Virus record (IMG/VR): IMGVR_UViG_3300047440_000139
Location: 624-64,623 of that record
Reading direction: 5' to 3' (one strand)
DNA length: 64,000 nt
Origin: a virus
Taxonomy: Duplodnaviria > Caudoviricetes
In this document: piece after piece, positions 45,201 through 53,386 of the stretch
Layout: the number at the start of each line of letters is the position of its first letter
Numbering within the stretch: the stretch's first letter is position 1
Position numbers and translations under genes: made by a program
Notes under the pieces: generated by a model
The model's database searches: none
The model's input: only the letters and a program-made list of their open reading frames with translations
Told to the model about the DNA's origin: nothing

Positions 45201-47839
45201 TCGGCGGCGGCCTCCGACACGGGCTGAGGCTTCGGTGCCTTCGTAGGCGCGGGCTCGGCGGCGGCCGTAGACGTGCCGCCCAGTTCCTCGTCCTGCTTGG
45301 CGGCGAACTCGCGGCCCATGTTGAACCACGTCTCCCGGTCGGACCCTGGAGGTGGCGGCTCGGCCTTGGTCTTCTTCCCGAAGTAGTCGTCGACGCCCTG
45401 CCAGAAGCCCGTCTTCTGGCTGCTGCCCAGAGCCGCCGCCCGGCCTGTCGCGCGCTCCCTGATCTGCGCCTCGCGCGGGTTCGCCGGGGCGGCTGGCTCC
45501 GGCGCGATGGGCTCGGGCGTCGGCGTGGTCTCGGCGGCGGCTCCCGGCTGGGCGGCCTCCTTGGCGGCGGCCTTCACCTGTTCGCCCAGCGCGCCGAAGC
45601 GTTGCAGGTGCTCGGCGACCTTGAGCGCGTTGGTCTCCGTCTGGGTCAGCGGCTCGATGCCCGGCACGGCCGACCGCAGCTGCTCGAAAGCTGCGACCTT
45701 GTCGGGCAGGGCTTGGTTCTTGCCGATCTCGCTCAGCGCCTGGGACCGGGTGGCCGCCTGCAGCTTGGCCGACGCCTCGTCCAGCGGCTGGGCCTGCGGC
45801 TGCTCGGCCGCGACCTGCCGGTCGAGCGCGCCGTCCTTGACCAGCTGCTCGCCCGCATTAGCCATCACCTCCTGCGGCACGGCCTCCGGCTGAGCCGCCT
45901 GGGCTTGCCCTGCGGGTGGCGCAAAGTCCGGCTGCGGGCCTGCCTTCCGACGAATGTCAGCCATCTCGGCCGCCGCCGCCTCGGCCGCCGCGATGATGCG
46001 ATCGTACCTGTCAGCCTTGTTCCTCGCGCGCAGGGCCTGGGGCGACTGGTCGGCGTCGTTCAGCTTGGAGAGCATCGCCTCCAGTTCCTGCCGCGCTGTC
46101 GAGACAGCATCGGTCGCCTGCTCGTCACCATTCGCGATAGCCGTGGCCAGCTTGGTCGCGACCTTCTTGTCGTCGCCGGTGGTCTTGGTGCCGGACATCT
46201 CCTCGATGCGCCGCAGCATCTCCTCGGGGGATGTCGCAGCGGGGCCCGCCGGGTCCGCGCCCGCCGCTACCTGCGCACCGACACCGCCGCCACCCTTCAG
46301 CGCCGCGACGAACCGGCGGACGTACTCCGGGGCGTCGATGTTGCCGTCGTTCGCGCCGCGCGCCCGGGCCTTGGCCAGGGGCTGGCCGGTGAACCACACG
46401 CTCGCCGCGTCTTCGACGTTGCCGCCCTGCTCCCGCAGGATGACGCCGAAGCGGTGGTTGAAGATGGTGTCTTGGATTTCGGGGCTGGCAAGGAACTGCT
46501 CCAGCGACACGTCGCCGAGGCCCGCCGCCTGCGCCCACGGCCCGATGTTGTCGGGCATGATGCCGTAGCGGCCCGCCGCCTGCTGGCCCTTGTACTGGCC
46601 CTTCCTGACGGTCGGGCCACGGGTCTGGTAGCCGCCACCCTTCCGGCCGCCGGTCTCGTTGCTGGCGATGGCCTCGCGGAACGCATCGCTCGGGCTGCGA
46701 GGGGCGGACAGCTGCTGCGGCTGATCGCCACTGGGCTGGTTGTACCTGTCCACGCTAGGCGCGGGGAGCGCACGCTGCCCAGGCATCGCCAGGATATCTA
46801 CCGGCTCAGGATGCGGCTCGCCTGGGATCACCGCCGGAAGACCGCCGCCGGTGATCACCGCAGGCAGGTTCTTCGAGCCGGACGTGACGGTCATCTTGTC
46901 CAGGGTCGGGTCGGGCTCGCCTTCCTCCGGCCGGTTCTGGGACTTGTCCTTCGGCGTCGCGACCACACCACCGACGCCGCCCATAGCGCCGCCCAGGCCA
47001 GCCGCGTTCACCCCTGCGCTGAGATACTCCTGACCCGCCTCGCGATTTGACAGGGACAAACCTGCAGCGGCGCGCTCGAACACCTGCTGCGGGATTTCCG
47101 ACAGGGGTTCCTCGACCGAACCCAGCACGGCCCCTTGCGCCATGCGCGACAGGACGCCGCCCTTCAAGGCGATGCCGGGACCCGGCAGCACCTTGCCGAT
47201 GCCGGGCAGAACCTTCTCGCCGAGGTAGTCGAGCGCGCCCTGTACCGGCGCGAAGGCGACCGACTTGAGCGCCTGATCCTGCAGCAGGTCCTTCTGGCCA
47301 CCCTCCGTGGCCCGCGCCACGTTGGAGCCTATGAAGAATGGGGTGCCACCCAACGCACCCCCGGCGATACCGGCGAGGCCGCCCAGGATCGTGCCGCCGC
47401 CCGGCTCGGCGACAGTACCGGCCAGCGCGCCAGCCGCCATGCCGGACACCATCTGCGGGGCAGAGACGCCAAGCTGCTCGTTCAGAAACTGGCCGACGTC
47501 CCCGAAGCTGCGGATCGACCGGATGTCCTTGGCCCCGCCGGGCAGTAGTCGGTCCTGCTCGGCCTGTGCCTCCTGCTGCCGCCGCCGGTACTCGGCCGCC
47601 TTCAAGGGCGTCATCGTGCCCATGAGGGTTTCGGCGGCCTGAGGGATGCCCGTGAAAATCTGGCTCTCGGCTCCTGCCAGCCCTGCCTTCCACGGGTGTC
47701 GACCCTCGGGTTCTACCGGCGCGGCCGCGTCCTCCGGCAGATCGCTCGGCATCAGCGGCGCACTGGTCACGCCAGCGGGGTCGACCAGCGTAGAGCCGTA
47801 GGGGGCTTGGTATGTCCGCTTGCGCGGGGTCTGGGCCAT
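39236..47839 (-). CDS. Large polyvalent virion/ejection protein
   Basis: 2867 aa; SLT-like AIASNETGG..AAGRYGIMP; L,D-transpeptidase-like AMH...SSGCIN; LDHEMVH; YMPLKRSG (PLxRFG-like); hydrophobic C-terminal region. Confidence 0.85.
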   Translation of the reverse strand: MAQTPRKRTYQAPYGSTLVDPAGVTSAPLMPSDLPEDAAAPVEPEGRHPWKAGLAGAESQIFTGIPQAAETLMGTMTPLKAAEYRRRQQEAQAEQDRLLPGGAKDIRSIRSFGDVGQFLNEQLGVSAPQMVSGMAAGALAGTVAEPGGGTILGGLAGIAGGALGGTPFFIGSNVARATEGGQKDLLQDQALKSVAFAPVQGALDYLGEKVLPGIGKVLPGPGIALKGGVLSRMAQGAVLGSVEEPLSEIPQQVFERAAAGLSLSNREAGQEYLSAGVNAAGLGGAMGGVGGVVATPKDKSQNRPEEGEPDPTLDKMTVTSGSKNLPAVITGGGLPAVIPGEPHPEPVDILAMPGQRALPAPSVDRYNQPSGDQPQQLSAPRSPSDAFREAIASNETGGRKGGGYQTRGPTVRKGQYKGQQAAGRYGIMPDNIGPWAQAAGLGDVSLEQFLASPEIQDTIFNHRFGVILREQGGNVEDAASVWFTGQPLAKARARGANDGNIDAPEYVRRFVAALKGGGGVGAQVAAGADPAGPAATSPEEMLRRIEEMSGTKTTGDDKKVATKLATAIANGDEQATDAVSTARQELEAMLSKLNDADQSPQALRARNKADRYDRIIAAAEAAAAEMADIRRKAGPQPDFAPPAGQAQAAQPEAVPQEVMANAGEQLVKDGALDRQVAAEQPQAQPLDEASAKLQAATRSQALSEIGKNQALPDKVAAFEQLRSAVPGIEPLTQTETNALKVAEHLQRFGALGEQVKAAAKEAAQPGAAAETTPTPEPIAPEPAAPANPREAQIRERATGRAAALGSSQKTGFWQGVDDYFGKKTKAEPPPPGSDRETWFNMGREFAAKQDEELGGTSTAAAEPAPTKAPKPQPVSEAAAEAAADRESAPKPKPDNVKAAPETVEQTRARVQQANAERKAKEDADKETARVEKAARRAVEAEADKTPPAKKTRARKKAPAKAEEIKETSKKRTASKKATATVTDITQNLAQREQAEDRTEADEARGAQAHDALKSIDTVMARLGKLKDKIAKARKRLDAKPAVTDAEIATQQNLATYDRIMNDVATKLSKGTSDGALQAKQVLDKYVKEEEKDLASGLDAMLKAPKLSVVPKAEPTPKEVAEEAERAAEKKRKDDVAAFEVKTERAADKGDISAFQRQNLDKVADTVSVEAAEALFDGEVARFKRINDAQLGKGDTISDMLARAKGGAEAADAAVAATPQSKANVVPPAKPVPGVTVGEAPPLTVTTDQLSKLLTLDEKRRLSRAYGHAWFKDETLAKFAEDFAKYVSGVREGIAKAVQIVAQRVQASALALMIVFNPAGLQTALHPTMPAAPVVERMVDIKTEVPASARAQMSPRAIAVYEAMAETAKKQGSGFFIADKPNGMLHAFDKKGGYITSSKSLYGAQAGDILTEARKNADPGALPQSQRVTPAGTYKVNWWPTPLYTGGGVLDLQDVKTGESLYGVAMHSVYLRHPEENRVARLESKTTADDKISSGCINTTEAFFTKYIVPHKEDFKNGLVFVLPDNVAATAALFPTTQKLVKEVPTRQDDAPVDQPTLPPDRTRIAIQAGRRRGGRRREGRGSPTPFDMAANRARIDREMAQRLGDKAPLPELQPGFSEPASKWPEEPGARVVATQRELSRMNRNGEQNTDEYMEVLRANDEAKAQVAQDLAKRGEPTIATRPRLSTAATDRLIGASEISTAAKLDRRLRAALDRRGLSDVMLETTDRVALGGDQGRFGITRDRLKRVIQVALDGENADLSLDHEMVHALEDMGVLRKNDFAKLLKAAMSSPEIREFLKPYSDRPRREQNGEAVAEFVARMINNPGSITMDAETRGIISRVKQAFAALAQFGRWALGQGSEYKTVDDIVRAIDSGEVGSKARTAAIGSSVPQRDNGPGFKSRRTDPGPYAKRTAVKKSATALHAVADNLGKSGHVYLTMTEDLANILRSMGVDAGRRVIEAHSAGHAEGRAFEERALKTKEKYERLSSKEKGVKPGSVNRLMQDSTESDEWAFEPTHLPASVRAKVVISKKLNDQFKVMSAEAQQVMREAFKLNYDINNAMKAEASTQINADYKAEMDAAEASGASQKAKDAIAARKDRAVRHLSRAFDTQEGLPYMPLKRSGSWVVVAKSPAFRAAEKANDKEAIQKMISDPKHHFVDFRDTVHEAEALASHVETAFPGGVDRFERSKVPEGAIHRDAIFLALDQLRTSAAGSTEKGSEVAKRLNRLITDMYLHTLSETSGRKAELGRNKVPATDPVTGEGINMMMAFVSRAKAQASLIASMHNGPVMHKALRDMHAQAADLRGAARTDAQRIVNEVMYRYTANAGVQPSRTVDKVVSTISAWTLLTSPFYYLQNASQAILITLPVLASQYGYPKAIGMMARGYKDFFAMTKGTSLFERVDFSKAPDDIKELVDFLAKRGRLDAGFAMDLGKWEINGDGLIPDAQRLATRFFRMFPQRVEVANRVATGSAAYRAALADGKSKTEAMEAASKLIYDTHGDYSGFNAPTPFHQLGNAGKVLLQFKKFQFIMGSLLGKEFHRAFFKKGVSPEERAEGMKALAFLSGHMLAVGGILGMPAASLLGPAVAAIMNLFDDDDDKDYSDWKEDLRAALGEGGEGGKQNWWSDFLFKGAPYALGADTSDRMGLGNVAALAPDISSATSKEEFYAELAKAALGPSGGLISKAIDGWGFGVTDHDWVRAVETIAPTGFANLMKAERIGREGLTDKKGDVLLKPEYLQGLPQVLTAIGVRPRELANQGDRRSLDYKTDAYYDSETATIKRHYTAAVKDRDAAGIAKARKEFVALQAAKKRDGVKPAPLGTLLQSPGKQLKRERNTIGGVEMTPANRQLLMDAMFADDIAEARQLMAAED

Positions 47840-49882
47840 CTACATCGACATCCCGATGTCGGACAGCCCGACACCCGGCATGCTCTTGGACCGGCGCGCA
47901 CGCTGCGCAGCCTCCAGTTCTCGGATGCGCTTGGACGTCGCGTCCATCAGCCCGCGCATCTTGTTCCGCTCGTCGATGTCCCCGGAGGCCAGTCGCCGCT
48001 TGTCGTACTCGAACCGCTCAGCTTTCAGGTCCGCGATATCAGAGGCTGTCTGTGCGTCCGCCTTGTCGTCCGCCGCCTTAGCCGCCGCCGCCTTTTCCTT
48101 CTGCCCTTTGGCACCCTCCTGCGCCGCAGCGATCTGAGCGGCGGCCTTTTGCTTTGGCGTGAGCGGGGCTGTAGGCAGGCCGGGCTTCGGGCCGCCGGGC
48201 TTCGGGCCGCCGGGCGCGGCCGCAGCTGCGGGCTTCGGGCCGCCGGGCGCGGCTGCAGGCTTCTGACCTGCGGCAGGCGCGGCTGCGGGCTTCTGCCCCG
48301 CCATCCCGGCCCTGATCTTCGCGGCAGCGACGGTCGGGTCCTTCCCGTACTTGTCGAACGCGTGCTGGTAGGCAGCGACAGGGGTCTCGAAGACCGCTGT
48401 CTGACCGTTCGGCTCGCGCATGTACTGGCCGTCAGGGCCGAGCACCGCGAAGCCGTAGGCGTTGCCGCTCTGCACCCGCTGCACGACACCCTGGCCACCC
48501 GGCAGGGTCTTGTCGGGCTTCGACCAGCCGTTGGTTTGCCAGTCGTGCGTCTCCTTGTCGATCTTCTCCTGGGCTGGATTATAGGGCGTCTTGACGACCG
48601 CTCCGCTTGCGGGGTCCACGGTCTCCTTCATCTTGATGTTCGCCGGGTCGGCGGCCTGCCGTGCCGCCCGCACCGGGTCGGCCACCGAACTGCCGGGGAT
48701 GGCGAGCCACTTGTCGTCGGCCATGTCCGCGAGCTTGATCTCCCGGTCGCCCGCCGCGAACTTCGTCCCCTGCGTGGTAGCCGCCGCAGTCGCCTTGAGA
48801 GCAGCCGCCTGCGCGTCCCTCAGCCCCGCCTCGCTGCGACCTGTCAGGATCGCTTGGAAATTGTGGTCGCTGTCGGTGGCCAGCTGCGCCCGCAGGGTAG
48901 GGTCCAGGCCGAGCTCATTGGCGAACATCGCTTGGACGTGACCGATGGTCTCGTTCCGCATCATGACCTGGGGGTTCTTCGGGTCGGTCACGTCGGTCAG
49001 GGTGTAGCGGCCGTCGTCGGATTGGGAGGCGACGATGTTGCGCTTCTGGTCCGGTGTTGAGAGGGTCTTGCTGATCGCGGTGCTGAGTTCGGGCATCGTC
49101 ATGTACGGCACGTTCCCGACGGTCTTCTGGGCGACCATCTGGGTGTACTTGTCGTTTGCCTCGTTGCTCTCCTTCCACTTCCCGACATGCGCCAAGTCGA
49201 CCGCCAGCTGGAACTGCTTGTCGATCGGCGTGGCGTCGCGCATGTCGCCCGGCTGACCAGCCCGGTCCGGCACCTTCGTCGGGTGCTGGTAGCCCTGCGG
49301 AGCCGGGTCTTCCTTGATGGGCTCAGGTGACAGCAGCACCTCGGCCGCCACCTGCTTCGGAGCTCCCGTCACGGCGGGCGCGGCGGCGGGCGCGGCGGCG
49401 GGGTTCAGCCCCAGGCCCGGCGCGTTCACGTTGGAGCCGATGTCGTAGTTCGCCGGACCCGGACGCGGTGCAGCCACCATGTCGGGCGCGGTCGCGGGCG
49501 CGGCGGCCGGAGCGGGCGCACCACTCGGCGACCCGGGGGGGCCCGGCATGTCCACGCCCAGCGTCGGCATCGGCCTCACGCCTGCGATTTGGGCCGTCGT
49601 ATCGACGTCCTTCTTGCCGAACAGCTTGGCCAGCGCACCGGCCGCATTGGAGATGTCGCCCTGCAGGGTCGGCTTCTCATGTACCGGCGGCTCGTAGGTC
49701 GTCCCCCGGCGTATGGCGGTGGCCTTTGCCGCCTCGATGTCCTGGGAGGCGAGGCGTTCCTTCTCCTCGCGCTCCTGCTTGGCGGCCTTGGCCTGCTCGC
49801 GACGGGCACGGTCGACGGCTTCCTGGGAGATGCCCTTCGACACACCCCCGGCGAACTGGCCCAGTTCGGAGAGGAACCCCAT
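47840..49882 (-). CDS. Putative internal virion (ejection) protein
   Basis: MGFLSELGQFAGGVSKG start, TGATG-coupled; A/P/K-rich; between ejection genes. Confidence 0.65.
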   Translation of the reverse strand: MGFLSELGQFAGGVSKGISQEAVDRARREQAKAAKQEREEKERLASQDIEAAKATAIRRGTTYEPPVHEKPTLQGDISNAAGALAKLFGKKDVDTTAQIAGVRPMPTLGVDMPGPPGSPSGAPAPAAAPATAPDMVAAPRPGPANYDIGSNVNAPGLGLNPAAAPAAAPAVTGAPKQVAAEVLLSPEPIKEDPAPQGYQHPTKVPDRAGQPGDMRDATPIDKQFQLAVDLAHVGKWKESNEANDKYTQMVAQKTVGNVPYMTMPELSTAISKTLSTPDQKRNIVASQSDDGRYTLTDVTDPKNPQVMMRNETIGHVQAMFANELGLDPTLRAQLATDSDHNFQAILTGRSEAGLRDAQAAALKATAAATTQGTKFAAGDREIKLADMADDKWLAIPGSSVADPVRAARQAADPANIKMKETVDPASGAVVKTPYNPAQEKIDKETHDWQTNGWSKPDKTLPGGQGVVQRVQSGNAYGFAVLGPDGQYMREPNGQTAVFETPVAAYQHAFDKYGKDPTVAAAKIRAGMAGQKPAAAPAAGQKPAAAPGGPKPAAAAAPGGPKPGGPKPGLPTAPLTPKQKAAAQIAAAQEGAKGQKEKAAAAKAADDKADAQTASDIADLKAERFEYDKRRLASGDIDERNKMRGLMDATSKRIRELEAAQRARRSKSMPGVGLSDIGMSM

Positions 49883-50919
49883 CAGACGTAGACCTTGACG
49901 TAGTCGACGAACTTGAAGCCGCCGACGTCCACGCTGACCGCGTCGGGGAACACCTTCTCCACCTCGTCGGCCATGTAGCCGTAGCGCAGCGGCGCGGTGG
50001 CGGCGTCCCAGAGGTAGCGGAACGTCCACAAGCCGATGCCGTGGGCCAGTCGAGCGACCAGGGTGGTGTCCTTCTTCATTCGCCGGTCGGAGCCGTACCG
50101 GCTGATCGCCGCCGATCCCAGCTGACCGGCCAGCCCACCGAGCGCGGCCATCGGGCTGTTCGCCGCGTTGATCTGGTCGACGCTGTTGGCGCGCGAGGTG
50201 AAGGCGCTGAGGTTGTTGCCGATGGCCGACACCCCGGTGCCGAACCCGGTGTTCACGCCGCTCGCGCCGCCGGGGGCCGCGCCCGCCGCCCCGATCGCTC
50301 CGGCCGATCCTGCGCCCGCCGCGCCGCCCGCGCCGCTCGCCGCCGCCAGCACGCCGCTCGCGCCGCCGCGCCCGAAGTTAGCGGCGTCAGAGGTCAGGGA
50401 CATGCCCAGCGTCTTGGCCGCGTCGCGCGCCCGGGTCGCCGCGCCTGCCTCGGCGGCGGCGTTGCGGAAGGCCACGTCCGTCCGCGCCGACAGGGCGGCC
50501 GGGCTGGAGGGGTCGATGCCCAGGCCCGCGAACTGGCGTCCCAGCTGCTGCTGCTGGCCCTGCTGGGCTACGCGCAGGTCGCCGATCGCACGCGTGGCCT
50601 GCTTCTCCTGCTCCTCGGGAGCGGAGTAGTCGTTGACCATCTTGTAGTATTTGTCCTCGGCGGGGATGCCGAGGGTCTTGTAGCGGTCGGCGGCCGTCTT
50701 GGTCTGGTCGTATTGGATGTCGAACAGCTTGCCCTGCCGTTCGAGGTTGGTCTTGCTCTCGTCGACCAGCTGCGCCATGGCGGGCTGGACGTACTTCTCG
50801 AAGTAGTCCTTGTTCCAGGCTTCCGACCGCTCGGCCAGGGCGACGTTCGCCTGCGCGGCTGCCCCGATCTGGGGGTCGTATTTGTTCTTCGAGCCCTTAC
50901 GGAACCAGCGGTCACGCAT
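49882..50919 (-). CDS. Putative DNA ejection/pilot protein with C-terminal peptidase S74 (intramolecular chaperone) domain
   Basis: G/A-rich helical body; SDRRMKK...FRYLWD...GYMADEV...PDAV...VDY. Confidence 0.8.
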   Translation of the reverse strand: MRDRWFRKGSKNKYDPQIGAAAQANVALAERSEAWNKDYFEKYVQPAMAQLVDESKTNLERQGKLFDIQYDQTKTAADRYKTLGIPAEDKYYKMVNDYSAPEEQEKQATRAIGDLRVAQQGQQQQLGRQFAGLGIDPSSPAALSARTDVAFRNAAAEAGAATRARDAAKTLGMSLTSDAANFGRGGASGVLAAASGAGGAAGAGSAGAIGAAGAAPGGASGVNTGFGTGVSAIGNNLSAFTSRANSVDQINAANSPMAALGGLAGQLGSAAISRYGSDRRMKKDTTLVARLAHGIGLWTFRYLWDAATAPLRYGYMADEVEKVFPDAVSVDVGGFKFVDYVKVYV

Positions 50920-51328
50920 AGCGACACTCCTGCCGGAACATGCGGTAGATGATCACGTCGACACCCTCACGCCCAGCCCTGTGTAACACCGCCTCTGCGG
51001 TGAAGCCGAGGTTCGTGCAGAAGCACCGGCTCTCGTGGTTGCTGGCCTCGACCCAGGTGCTCATACGCTGGCATCCCATGGTGACGAAGGGGTACTTGAA
51101 CGTCTCGTGCAGGAAGTGCCGCGTCAACCACTTGCCGCTGCCGTCCGAGGCGACGTGGCCGAACACGTTGTAGCCGTTGAAGCGGTCGTAGCCCGCCGCC
51201 GCGATCACCTCCCCGGCGCGCAGCTGGACGATCCCCTTGAAGTCGTCGTCGTGGTTCAGGGGGTAGTGGCTGTCGATGAAGGCGTAGGCCGCGACGGGGT
51301 CGGCGACGACCTTGTACTCGACCGTCAT
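50912..51328 (-). CDS. GNAT-fold acetyltransferase-like protein
   Basis: F.YPF...GC.R...V..SN..S..F...LGF..E..L. Confidence 0.75.
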   Translation of the reverse strand: MTVEYKVVADPVAAYAFIDSHYPLNHDDDFKGIVQLRAGEVIAAAGYDRFNGYNVFGHVASDGSGKWLTRHFLHETFKYPFVTMGCQRMSTWVEASNHESRCFCTNLGFTAEAVLHRAGREGVDVIIYRMFRQECRYA

Positions 51329-51513
51329 TCGGGTGGCTCCCGTGCCTCCGCTGCCAGCCGCTGCAGCCTGTCGATCTCGTCGTTGGCGTCGCGCAGCCGC
51401 ATCGTCAAGTCGATCACCTGACAGGTCAGCGCGCCGACCTGGGCCTCGATGGCCTGCTGGACCTGCTGCCGGACATCAGGGCGGGATGGAGGCGACGAGC
51501 GCGCTGTTGACAT
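51325..51513 (-). CDS. Small coiled-coil protein
   Basis: Heptad pattern; ATGA overlap with the GNAT gene; start uncertain. Confidence 0.5.
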   Translation of the reverse strand: MSTARSSPPSRPDVRQQVQQAIEAQVGALTCQVIDLTMRLRDANDEIDRLQRLAAEAREPPE

Positions 51514-53386
51514 AGAACTGGTACTTCTGGGTGACGATGTTGAAGGCGATATAGTTGCCCGAGCCGGAGCCGAATGACAGCGCTCCCTGGAACTGCGGGC
51601 TGATCGACGACGCGTCGGTGATCAGGTCGCGCGCCGCGTGGATGTCGCGGCCGCCGAGGATGTCGACGTTGACCGAGAAGGACGCGTTACGCAGCCGGAT
51701 GCGGCCGGTGTCGACCAGGGTCTCCCACAGCGGGCCGTTGCCGTCGCTGCCACCCCGGCTCCAGATCGAGCCCAGCTGGTTGCCGAACGGCACGCCGAAC
51801 ACCTGCAGCGGGTCTGACCCACGCCCGGCCGTGTTCTCGCTGCCGTCCCAGTTGATGCCCTGGCCAGCCTTCATGATGACGGCCGCGCCCCCGCCGTCGA
51901 TGTCGACGATGCTGTCCACCGGATAGGTGATCGGCAGGGCCGGGGTAACGCTGACCGTGTTGCCTGCCACGGCGCTGACGGTGCCGAAGTAGGGCGTGGT
52001 CGCGTGCTGGATGCTGATGGGCACGCCCACCCGCGCCCCGGAGGACCACTTCATCTGCAGGGTCGCGCCGCTGGCCGCCGCCGTTAGGTAGGAGCCCTCG
52101 TTGAGGAACCCCCCTGTGGTGTCCAGGCCGCGCCGCCAGGGGCCTCTCAGGACGTAGGCGGCGTCTGCGGGTCGCGGGCCGCTCGACTGCCGCGTGGTGC
52201 CTATCCAGACGCGGCCGCCGCCGTCCGCCCGGTCGTTGCCCCGCGAGAAGCTGTCGACCTGGGCGTAGACCGCCACGTCCGGCGCAGGCGACGCGCCCTG
52301 GGCGATGGCGTTGAACTGGCTCTCCCAGCCGGTGGTCATCATGCCGCCGGTGCCGGGCTGGAAGTCGGCCGACCCGCCCATCTGGCCACCCGTCCCGGAG
52401 TTGAAGACGTGCCCGAGCTCCCAGGGCTTGGGCTGGTACTCGATCTGCATCCGCACGATGCGGCCGTAGGTGTCGCCACCGGCCCGCGCCCGGACGCGCA
52501 GGTAGTCGAAGCCGCCCCAGGTCCGGTTGGACAGCGAGAGGTTCGGCGCTTTCCCGGCGGTAGGGGTCCACGTCATGTTGGCGGTGTGGGCGGTGGTGAA
52601 GGTGACCACGTTCCCGGCCACCGAGGCGATGGTCAGCGGGACGTGCGGGTCGGCGGTCGTCCCGGCGTGGGTGTCGCTGATCACCGACCCGCCGAAGCTG
52701 TCCTTGATGTACGCCTTCTGGTTCACCCAGCTGGGGTCGGTGCCGGTGCTCAGCGTGATGGTCAGGCCAGGGGTCACGCCGCCGGTGGCGTAGCCGACGA
52801 TGCCGCCGCTGCCGCTCTCGACGTCCCACCACGCGTGGTGCGGGATGACCGCGCTCTCGAAGTAGCGGGCGTCCGGCTGGAAGCCGCGCACGTTCGGCCC
52901 GAGGGTCTTCCACTCGTTGTCGGTGAACGACTGGTCACCCGCGAACCACCCGAGCTCCCCCTGGATGGGCGACACGGCAGGCAGCACCGAGAGGTAGCCG
53001 AGGTTCGCGGGCGCGGTGTACCCGGCGTTGACGAACTGGCCTCGGCCACGGTGACGCTTGGTGAAGAACGACCGGGTCTTGGTGGTCGAGTATTCGCCCG
53101 CCCGGATGTAGATGTCCTTGACGTCGACGTCGGCCTTGTAGGCGTCCAGCTGCGCGTCGCTGCTGACGCTGATGTTGTTGGTCGCGCCGTAGTCCAGCAC
53201 GAAGCTGAGCGGGTCGCGGTCGCCGCTGCCCGTCTCGCCGCCACCACCGCCAAGGCCCAGCATGTCCTCGGCGTCGGCGATGGCGTTGGTGTTGGCCACC
53301 ACCTGCCGCCGCAGCGCCTGGAGGAGTTCGTAGAGCCCGGGGTTGTCGACGGCCGGGACGTCGGGCAGCGACGTGCGCAGGCTCAT
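51476..53386 (-). CDS. Tail fibre or tailspike
   Basis: MSLRTSLPDVP start (ATGA overlap); DYGA...IYIRAGEY spike-type N-motif; G/T-rich beta body. Confidence 0.7.
   Translation of the reverse strand: MSLRTSLPDVPAVDNPGLYELLQALRRQVVANTNAIADAEDMLGLGGGGGETGSGDRDPLSFVLDYGATNNISVSSDAQLDAYKADVDVKDIYIRAGEYSTTKTRSFFTKRHRGRGQFVNAGYTAPANLGYLSVLPAVSPIQGELGWFAGDQSFTDNEWKTLGPNVRGFQPDARYFESAVIPHHAWWDVESGSGGIVGYATGGVTPGLTITLSTGTDPSWVNQKAYIKDSFGGSVISDTHAGTTADPHVPLTIASVAGNVVTFTTAHTANMTWTPTAGKAPNLSLSNRTWGGFDYLRVRARAGGDTYGRIVRMQIEYQPKPWELGHVFNSGTGGQMGGSADFQPGTGGMMTTGWESQFNAIAQGASPAPDVAVYAQVDSFSRGNDRADGGGRVWIGTTRQSSGPRPADAAYVLRGPWRRGLDTTGGFLNEGSYLTAAASGATLQMKWSSGARVGVPISIQHATTPYFGTVSAVAGNTVSVTPALPITYPVDSIVDIDGGGAAVIMKAGQGINWDGSENTAGRGSDPLQVFGVPFGNQLGSIWSRGGSDGNGPLWETLVDTGRIRLRNASFSVNVDILGGRDIHAARDLITDASSISPQFQGALSFGSGSGNYIAFNIVTQKYQFYVNSALVASIPP

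Noticed and set aside
48178-48300. Short tandem repeats GGGCTTCGGGCCGCC
   Set aside because: They encode the PGGPKP/QKPAAAP low-complexity linker of a virion protein; no independent function is evident
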